Origin: Eledone cirrhosa
Lineage: Eukaryota
Direction: 5' to 3'
Length of the DNA: 64,000 nucleotides
Assembly (NCBI GenBank): GCA_964016885.1
Contig: OZ024749.1
Coordinates: forward strand, 40,734,001-40,798,000
Positions within the stretch are counted from its first letter, which is position 1, and each line of letters opens with the position of its first letter. Below the pieces are notes generated by a model. That model was not told where the DNA came from, searched no databases, and saw only the letters and a list, made by a program, of their open reading frames with translations. The position numbers and the translations under genes are program-made. Positions 53,325 through 64,000 of the stretch are shown here, piece after piece.

Positions 53325-55945
53325 GCTGGCAGAATCCCAGATTAAAACTTTGCAGTACTTAGCTAATTTCCTTTATGTTCTGAGTTCAAATCCCACAGCC
53401 TTAGTGTATTTGTTTTGGCACTTTGTGTTCTGAGTTAGAGTTCAAATCCAGCTATGGCCCTACTTGGTGATGGACGATTTTTAGATAAATATAAATACTT
53501 TAAAACAAATTTTTGTAACATAAACCCAGCGGCAGTTTTAGGTGGTTTGGTATCAAAAGGGTTAATTGACTTTTCCTTCCCTCAAATTGCTGGACTTGGC
53601 CAGCAATTTGAGGGAGTTGGAGAAAATACCTTGCAGTATTTCTTCGAACTCTTTACATTCTGAGTTCAAATCCCACCAAGATCACCTTCGCCTTCCATAG
53701 ATTTGGAGTTGATAAAATAAAATACCAGTCAAATACTGGGTTGATTTAATCAACTTTCTCTCCACTCCCTCTCACATTACTGGCCTTGTCCCTATATTAA
53801 TAATCATTATTATTATTATTAATAATGATTATTAATAGTTCAAATCCTGCCGAGATTAACTTTGCCTTTCATCCTTACGGGGGTCGATGAAATAAAGTAC
53901 CAGTAATACACTGGGATAATTCCTGACCTTGTGCCAAAAGTAGAAACAATTATTAATATTGGCAGTATCGGTAGAGGGTCAGACGCCATGCTTTGACGCA
54001 TAGTTACATCCCTTTACGATCTGAGTTCAAATCCCGCCGAGGTTGACTTTGCCTTTCATCCTTACGGGGTCGATAAAATAAAGTACCAGTAATGCACTGG
54101 GTAATTGCTGGCCTTGTGCCTCAAGTAGAAACAATTATTATTAATAAGGGCGGTGTATCGGTAGAGTGTCGGACAACATGCTTTGCCACATAGAGTTACA
54201 TCCCTTTACGATCTGAGTTCAAATCCCGCCGAGGTTAACTTTGCCTTTCATCCTTTCGGGGTCGATAAAATAAAGTACCTGTCATGCACTGGGGTCGTTT
54301 TAATCGACTTTCCCCTCCCCCAAAATTGCTGGCCTTGTGCCTATATAAGAAACCATTATTATTAATATCATTATCACCATAATTATTATTATTTGTGCTA
54401 TTTGACGTGGTGATTGGCAAGTGGTGTGGCTTGTTCTCATTACTCCTAACAACTTGTTAATACATGCCTCTATCTGTTTATTATAGTTACCATGGTGCTA
54501 CGTAGGATTAGCTGTGATTTGAAATATAAAAAATATATATATATTTAAATCCAGCATGACTAGGCAGAGTACAGACAGCCACCACCCCCCAGCATGGGTC
54601 TAGGAATCTAGCCTGGCACTCACCCAACCAAAATATGATGCAGTCACAATTCTTCATGTGAAGAACAACCACATCCCCCACCGTAAGGATTGGGTTCTTT
54701 AAAAAAATTGTGTTGTGCACTTGCCAACTTATTATTATTATTTTTTATTATTATTATTTTTATTATTTTGGCAGAATCGGTAGAGCGTTGGACAAACTGC
54801 TTTGCGGCATTTAGTTATGACCTTCTACGTTCTGAGTTCCAATCCCACTGAGGTTAAGCTTTGCCTTTCATCCTTACGGGGTCGATAAAATAAAGTACCA
54901 GTAACACACTGGGGTCAATTTAACTTCTTCAGTGCCGTAGACGAGATAACTCGTCCTAACATGTATGCATTCCAGTGCCACAGACGAGATAACTTGTTCT
55001 AATATATTTGAATTCCTTTCCAACAGTTCATAACTTCAAAGCTAGATGGGGTTACTAGTTTATTGATGTGACATTTGTCAATCAAAATAATCATTTTACT
55101 GAGAAAAAAACCCGGCACAACAACTGTAGCTGTGTAAAATATATGCGGCAGTCAACAGGTTAATTGACTTTCCTCTCCCTCTAAATTGTTGGCCTTGTGC
55201 CTAAATCAGAAACCATTATTATAAAATAAAGTACCAGTAATGCACTGGGTAATTGCTGGCCTTGTGCCAAAAGTAGAAACAATTATTTTGAAGGGCAGTG
55301 GACTGGCAGAGTGTCAGACAACATACTTTGTGACATATAGTTATGTCCCTTTACATTCTGAGTTCAAATCCCACTGAGGTTAACTTTGCCTTTCATCCTT
55401 ACGGGGTCGATAAAATAAAGCACCAGAAACGTACTGGGGTCGATTTAATCGACTTTCTCCCTCCCCCAAATTACTGGCCTTGTGCCTATATTAGAAATCA
55501 TTATTATTATTTTGGCAGAATCGGTAGAGTGCTGGACAGAATGCTTTGTGACATTTGGTTTCAGCTCTTTAGACTCTGGGTTCAAATCCCTGCCAAGCTC
55601 AACTTTACCTGTCATCCTTCAGGGATAAGTGGGTGTGGAGGACAAGAAAATAAAGTACTAGTTATGTACTGGGGTAAATTTAACCAACTTCCCCCTCCCC
55701 ACTGAAAAGAATTGCTGGTTTTGTGTCTAAATTGAAACTATTTTTATTATTATTATTGAATAAAGAAATCCCTGGATTGGCAGTATCGGTAGAGGATAGG
55801 ACGCCATGCTTTTCAGCATACAGTTACGGCCCTTTACAGTCTGAGCTCAAATCGTGCCAAGGTTAACTTTGCTTTTCATCCTTATGAGGTTGATAAAATA
55901 AAATACCAGTAATGGCCTTGTGCCAAAAATAGAAACAATTATTAT
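53325..55945 (+). mobile_element. Head-to-tail cluster of roughly ten Deu/Nin-like SINE copies and fragments
   Basis: Repeated (G)AGTTCAAATCC...GCCTTTCATCC...GATAAAATAAAGTACC...GGCCTTGTGCC...ATTATT, all on the plus strand. Confidence 0.85.
54924..55159. mobile_element. TTAA-specific MITE inserted inside a SINE
   Basis: TTAA at 54920-54923 and 55160-55163; removing the insert restores GGGGTCAATTTAATTGACTTT of the SINE. Confidence 0.85.
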
Positions 55946-55959
55946 TAAATAATAAATAT

Positions 55960-56490
55960 TTAAACCTACATAGTTGTAAGATTTAACAATATAAGACTGG
56001 GGTCCCTATCATTAAACCATCCAAGAAGCCCCCTAGAGATGTTACACCATAGGAGGTCAGCTAAACCTACAGAGCTGAGAGCTGTAATAAAAACATAAGA
56101 CTAAGGTCCCTATTATTAAAACACATAAGAAGCCCCCTAGAGATACAACATATGAGGCCAGCTAAATTTACATCGTTGAGAGCTGTAATAATAACAATAA
56201 GACTGGGGTCCCTATCATTAAACCACCCAAGAAACCCCTTAGCATTTACATTATATTTACTATTATATCTTCACAGTAAAGGCTTTACCTTACATAATAT
56301 CAAATCTATGAGATTATGATTATTTATTTTAAGAACATCAGTATGAGCATCTGGTTACAGCTGGTTTGAACAGAAAGAGGTGAGAGAGAATTCTGGCTGG
56401 ATATAGCTGGTTTAAATGCTAAAGGATTAAAACACCTAAGAAACCCCACTAGAGATGTAACACTATAGGAGACCAGCTAAACCTACATAG
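55960..56490. repeat. ~103-bp tandem repeat, third unit interrupted by a MITE
   Basis: TAAGACT..GGTCCCTAT at ~55993, 56096 and 56198. Confidence 0.8.
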
Positions 56491-57167
56491 TTGTGAACTG
56501 TAAATTTCATTTTTCCATTTCTCATTTTGATGCCTCTCCCCCCATCCTCTGAAAGGGTGAAAATCAAACTCAGAATGTAAAGAAACAAAATTAAATAGCA
56601 GACCACAAGGTATTTTGTCCAAAGCTCTACCAATTCTACTACCACCAGGTCACCTTGATACTCTGTCAGCCAATTCTACCACCACCATTCTATCCTTACA
56701 CTTTATCAACCAATTTTACCATTCACCAAAAGGCTTTTGTATTGTTTCTGTCTGTCTACCAAATTCATTTGTAAGGCAATGGGTAGCCCATGGTACCATG
56801 CATTAGGATAGAACCCAAGACCACATGATTGTGAAACTAACTTATTAACCACACAACCATAAACACACATATATACATACACACACATATATACACATGG
56901 ACATGGACACACACACATAGTCACACCGACACACACATATACACACACGAGTCATGATATCACATTCAATTCTTAATTTAAGTATAGTTAGCATGCAACA
57001 CAAGTCTTCTCACTCTCTGTTCTACCATAATGTGATGTTGGGAAGTTGAAATACTTGATGATGACTAAAATCTTGAATTCTATAACACCTCAGCACATCT
57101 TGACCAACTATGAATATCATGTGTGTGTGGATGTGTGTGTGTGTGTGTATATATATATAATATATAT

Positions 57168-57227
<60 letters not shown>

Positions 57228-58199
57228 TGTGGCTTAGTGGTTAGAGCATTGAGTTCGATTCTCAGAGCAGGTGGTGTTTTGGGTCTTTGAGAAAAACACT
57301 ATGTCACTATTACCAAGCTCCATCGGCCTTTGCCTTTCTTTTGCAAAGACTTTGTGGTGACTGTCTTCTATAAAAATGCCTTACCCAGGCATGTGCCACA
57401 GAGGGGAACTTTCTAGGTGTAAAACCAATGGTCATTCGTGACCGAGGTGGGTTTTTACTCTATATACCCCTTTCTAGTAGGGAAAGTGGACTTAAACACT
57501 GATGATGATGTTCAGATATATGTATATATGCTCGATTGCCGTGGATAGGGGCAAATGCTACCACCACCTTAGGGACTTTTAGTAGTGTCTACTCTGTTGC
57601 AAGCATTCAACCCAAGTCTTCGGTTCTTATTAATCCTCGAAGACCCTGAAAAAGGTCATGGGTTCTGTCCCTCCCCCTACCTGTCCTCACAAATTCCTGA
57701 AATGAGTCACAGGCACTGTCCCTCCTACCTATCTGTCTCTAAAAATGGGTCATAGACTCTACCTCTCCCTCCCTCCTATCAGTCCTCACATGCCCTGAGG
57801 AAAGGTCATGGGTTCTGTCCCTCCTTTTTCTGACTAAACACTGTAAAACAAAAAAAGGGGGAAAGGAAAAGAAAGAAAAATAATATAAATGAATATTTAA
57901 GATATTTCTATTTTTAATTATGAGTCATGAATCAGATGATGATGTGTTATGATGAAGTGAGAGTATTATAGTTTTCTGTTGCATTTCTACAGTTTATCAT
58001 AATTATTTCACTGGGCTGCCATATGAAAAATAAAACTTCAAAATGAAAACAATTAATAATGATAATAATAATTCATTATGAATCATCATTTGCAATTGAT
58101 TTTTTTTTTTTTAAACAATTTTTTAATGTTTTTATTTCTTGATAGCCTTGTATTTCTAATTGATTTGTATTTATTTAATTAGAAAACCAGTTACATTGT

Positions 58200-58715
58200 A
58201 GAAGAGTCGGTTAATACCATAGTTGTACTTGTCTAGCAAGTGACTTGATCTGAGATTGTATTGAAACTAAAGCTATTTGTTTGAGAAAAGTCATTTTAGC
58301 CGCAATTGTATATATCTGGCAAGTGACTTGATCTGAGGCTGTGTGTTGAAACTATAGCTATTAGATTGAGAAAAAGTCATTTTAGCCACAGTTGTACATG
58401 TCTGGCAAGTGACTTGATCTGAGGCTGTGTGTTGAAACTAAAATAATTACAGTAAGAAAAAGTCATTTTAACCACTGTTGTATTTGTTTTGCAAGATCTG
58501 AGCTGTGTTGAAACTAAAGTAATTACAGTGTGGAAGAGTCATTTTAACCACAGCTGTACATGTCTTGTAAGTGACTTGATCTGAAATTGTACTGAACTAA
58601 AGTAATTACAGTGTGAAAGTCATTTTAACCACAATTGTACATGTCTTGTAAGTGACTTGATCTGTGATTGTATTGAAACTAAAGCTATGACAGTGTGGAA
58701 GAGTCATTTTAGCCA
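58200..58715. repeat. ~83-bp tandem repeat (~6 diverged copies)
   Basis: AAGTGACTTGATCTG at ~58238, 58321, 58407, 58569 and 58650. Confidence 0.85.
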
Positions 58716-58982
58716 TTCACAAATGCAAAAAACTTAACTTCACTTTATATTTATCATTTAGTGGAAGTGTGTCGGTGACCAGATGTGACAAGAATTTTGG
58801 GAAAGAATAGTGTGCATTGTATATGCATCATCATCATCATCATCATCTTCGTTTAACGTCTATCTTCCATGCTAGCATGGGTTATACATATCAAATGAAA
58901 TACCATTATACTCGACCATAAGGGTTTATTGGCTGGATAGAGAATATAGAGTTCTTTATTGTATAATTTATATCTATGTCCA

Positions 58983-59015
<33 letters not shown>

Positions 59016-60907
59016 ATATATGCTTGGTGGTCACTGATCTGTCTAGCTTGTTGGCTACCAGCATATCATGAACAATTATATGTCTCATATGTATTTTGTT
59101 TGACGAGGACATGTTCTGGTTTATGTTATACATAAAACTTTGCATCTTCGAAATATATATATATATATATACGTTTATGTATTTGTTCTGATAAACAAAT
59201 GAATAATGAGCAATAAAGATAAAGTGAAAATTATATTGTGCAGTGTTTCTTTCTATTGGCAACATGACCATCCCCAAATATAACAATATGTATATGCAGA
59301 CAAACATATGCACAGTTTACAAAAAACTTAACCCTTTTCATACCAACCTGGCCAAAATGGCTTCGGTTCTATTTCATAAGGTTCTTATTTAAATTAAAAT
59401 CTTCCAATATGATTTTATATAAGAACCATCTGTTACAAATACTATCCTAATAATTTTTGTAAATTCTTCCAAATTCTTCATTAATTCATTTAAATATAGT
59501 GGATGTCCTTAGATATATGGTAACAAAAAGGTTGAAGCAATTTGCTTTAATAAATTGTTTTAATTAATATTGTAAAAGTATGATGGTGTAACAATTACTA
59601 GATGATAATTTAAAATAGGTGTGTGGTGAGGAAGTTGGGAATGTAAAGGGAGGAATATGACCTGGGTCTTTGAAAACTACTGGGCTAGTAACTCAGACCA
59701 GATCTGTCATCATCTGGTGCAACAGCCCAGATCTGGTGATGTTGATGTTAGTGGTGTTGCTGCTGATGATGATATTGGTAGTTGATGTTGATGTTGTCTT
59801 CGGATGAGTCAATCAATGGACACATAGATTTCCGCCATTTTTTTTCTCATTTTTTTCTGAGGGTTTTTTTTTGTGGGGAAACAGGAAAGAAAGATCTGAG
59901 AATGTAATACACGCCACTGCACCACCACCATCATCATCATCGGCAGTTCACTCTCACATACATTCATACACACACACACTCATATCGGCAGTTCACTCTC
60001 ACATACATTCATACACACGCACACTCATATGCACTTAAATTCACTTGTGTACACGCACACACACTCACATATATGCATTTATATTTACCTGTACATGCAC
60101 ACATTCACACACACACATACATCCACTTATATTTACTTGTACAGGCATGCACACACATATACATATGCACTAAACTTACTCTGTACACACATACACATAC
60201 ATACTCTCACACTCACACACACATACACTTGATCTGTACATGTACAAACACTTACACACATATGGTGGCTGGATCAATATTTATCTGTCAGATAATATTT
60301 CTGAGTTTCTTTTGTCTTGTCATTGCATCTGTTATATTTATTGAAACAATGGGCGTGTCTGTGTGTGTGTGGCTGTGTTTATGTGTGACTGTGTCTGTGT
60401 GTGTGGCTGTGTTTGTGTGACTGTGTTTATGTGTGTGTGTTTGTGTGTGACTGTTTATGTGTGTGTGTGACTGTGTGTGTGTGGCTGTGTTTATGTGTGT
60501 GTGTGTGTGTGGTTGTGTTTATGTGTGTGTGTGTGTGGCTGTGTTTGTGTGTGTATGGCTGTGTTTATGTGTGTGTGTGTGTGTGGCTGTGTTTATGTGT
60601 GTGTGTGTGTGGCTGTGTTTATATGTGTGTGTGACTGTGTCTGTGTGGCTGTGCGTATAGCTAGCAGTAAAAACATATTAAATGATGATGATATATGTGC
60701 TTGTTTAAACAGCTGTTTATGTGTTTATGTATGAGTGTATATATATATATATTATATATGTGTGTATCGGATTCAATTGAGGTAACCACAGTAAGTGAAG
60801 TCCTTAATACAGTTCTAGTTCTGTAGAAGCCATTTCTATATAAAATTTTATATATATATAATATTGCTAGCAGGGAAAGCAGCCATTAAAACGATGATGA
60901 TTATCTA

Positions 60908-60957
<50 letters not shown>

Positions 60958-61723
60958 TGCTGTAAAATACCCAGCCTATGTATACACACACACACAAGTA
61001 TAGTGAAGGACACTGAATTACACACCTGTTCACATACACACACCCATATACTCAAGCACACTGGAATATAGGCACACACTCAAACACACATAAGAATATA
61101 CTCAAGCACTCTGAAATACACATACATACAGGTGTACAGACTCATACATGTACACATATATATATACACAGGTGGGTGCACACACAAACACACACGTGCA
61201 CAGGTATGCATGCAAATATACACCCACATATATACAGGTATACTCAAGGACTCTGAATTACATAGATGCTCACACACAAATCTACTACCACCACCCTGTA
61301 CCCCAACAACACCACCACCACCACCACTCTAATAATTAATATGTTGTGCTTACTATATTCTGTGTAATATCTTAATCAACTGTTCCTAATGATAATTGCA
61401 TGTGTGTATTTCATACACACCTGTGGGAGAGGTATTTACCTGTATGTGTGTCTATCTCTCTCACTGCATGCTTACCTGTGCAGATGTATATGTACATGTA
61501 CATGTGTGTATGTATATGTTCATGTATGTGTCTGTATATGTGTGTGTGTGTGTGCACGGATGTATACCTGTGTATGTGTGTGCCTGTATATGTACATGTA
61601 TGTGTATGTATACCTGTGTGTGTGTGTGTGTGTGTGTGCGTGCGTGTGCATGCATGTATACCTGTGTGCATATTTTCTATTTGCTTTAGTTATTCGTCAA
61701 TCTTTCAGCACCATTAATCTTGT

Positions 61724-61789
<66 letters not shown>

Positions 61790-62259
61790 TCTCACACAAA
61801 TACCGATGTTCTCACGTACATACATATTCTCTCACACATGCATATGTTCTCAAACACACACATGCACACATACACACTTATGTTTTTACACATACATATT
61901 CTCTCACATACACATACAAGGGTCAGTCGAAAAGTTCATAGGCTGACCAAGATACTCTCATGGAATGACCAAATGGGGTTTATTTTTCAACATAGTCGCT
62001 GGAAAGAAACAGTGCAGTTATAAATAAGAAGAGTTGAAATTAATGCATGCAAGATTTCACTGCTCTAGCATCAATCCTTTATAGTCAGCCTATGAACTTT
62101 TCAGCCCACCTTCCTTCTTCTCAAACACATTAAATATAAATCGTCTCCTCCGCCTCCCTTTCCCATCCCCACCCCAACTCTTTAGTTAGTTAAGTCTGCT
62201 TCATTCATTCATAGAAAATTTCTTATCTTGTTATTTACTGAACAAATTACATCCATACC

Positions 62260-64000
62260 ACTACACACACACACACATACAACACCACACCATAAACACG
62301 CACACCACATACCGCACCATACACACACACACACACATGCCATACCACACCATACACACACACACACCACTACACCTCTCTCTCTCACACATGCCATACC
62401 ACACCACACACACACACACACACACACACACCACTACACATCTCTCTCACGCATGCCATATACCACACACACACACCACTACACATCTCTCTCACGCATG
62501 CCATATACCACACACACCACTACACATCTCTCTCACACATGCCATATACCACACACACACACACCACTACACATCTCTCATACACACACATGGCATAACA
62601 CCACATACCACACCATACACACACACACACACCACTACACCTCTCTCTCACACATGCCATACCACACCAAACAACACCACACACACACACCACTACACAT
62701 CTCTCATACACACACATGCCATAACACCACATACCACACCATACACACACCACTACACCTCTCTCTCACACATGCCATACCACACCAAACAACACCACAC
62801 ACACACACCACTACACATCTCTCATACACACACATGCCATAACACCACATACCACATACCACACCATACACACACACACACACACCACTACACCTCTCTC
62901 ACACATGCCATACCACACCAAACAACACCACACACACACACACCACTACACATCTCTCATACACACACATGCCATAACACCATATACCACACCATACACA
63001 CACACACACACACACACCACTACACCTCTCTCTCACACATGCCATACCACACCACACACACTACACCTCTATCACACATACACACCATATATACACACAT
63101 ACACACATGCCACACACACCACACCACACATACACACCATATATACACACATGCCACACTACACCTCTATCACACATACACACCATATATACACACACAC
63201 CACACATACACACATGCCACACCACACATACACACACACCACACCACACCACATATACACACACACCACACCACACCACATATACCCACATGCCATACCA
63301 CATACACACATGCCACACACTACACCTCTATCACACATACACACGTGCCACACACTACACCTCTATCACACATACACACCATATATACACACACACCACA
63401 CATACACACATGCCACACCACACCACACACTACACCTCTATCACACATACACACCATATATACACACACACCACACATACACACATGCCACACCACACCA
63501 CACTACACCATATATACACACACACCACACATACACACATGCCACACCACACATACACACACACCACATATACACACATGCCATACCACACACACACTAC
63601 ACCTCTATCACACATACACACATGCCACACACTACACCTCTATCACACATACACACGTGCCACACACTACACCTCTATCACACATACACACCATATATAC
63701 ACACACACCACACATACACACATGCCACACCACACCACACACTACACCTCTATCACACATACACACCATATATACACACACACCACACATACACACATGC
63801 CACACCACACCACACTACACCATATATACACACACACCACACATACACACATGCCACACCACACATACACACACACCACATATACACACATGCCATACCA
63901 CACACACACTACACCTCTATCACACATACACACATGCCACACACTACACCTCTATCACACATACACACGTGCCACACACTACACCTCTATCACACATACA
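62260..64000. repeat. CA-rich compound minisatellite with a 312-bp higher-order duplication
   Basis: CTACACCTCT/CATGCCATACC subunits; identical ORF translations at 63430 and 63742. Confidence 0.9.

Overview
This is AT-rich, microsatellite-saturated animal genomic DNA. The repeat families and composition suggest a coleoid cephalopod, most likely Octopus (inference). Two host genes lie head-to-head. A WDR53-like WD40 gene is on the minus strand, with nearly all coding sequence in one exon (15179-14055) and the start ATG probably ending an upstream exon. The first coding exon of AMMECR1 is on the plus strand (26870-27081), and its first intron appears to run past the window end. The rest is repeats: RTE-clade LINEs (including a 5'-truncated but stop-free 1.85 kb copy with RT and a PHD-like finger, inserted in a 6.4 kb TA-rich minisatellite), tRNA-derived SINEs, TTAA/hAT/Tc1-mariner MITEs and minisatellites. 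Almost all listed ORFs are microsatellite artefacts. The most notable non-obvious signal is a set of type I hammerhead ribozyme motifs read by eye. These are 310-399 (minus, compensatory U3-A8 core), 693-747 and 5898-5953 (a covarying pair), and 17536-17605 (fused to the 3' end of a SINE, with a decayed second copy near 20580), plus two degenerate candidates. There is also a duplicated palindromic motif near 7.3/8.1 kb, one copy of which fits the SECIS pattern. All folds and family assignments were made by eye and need computational and experimental confirmation.
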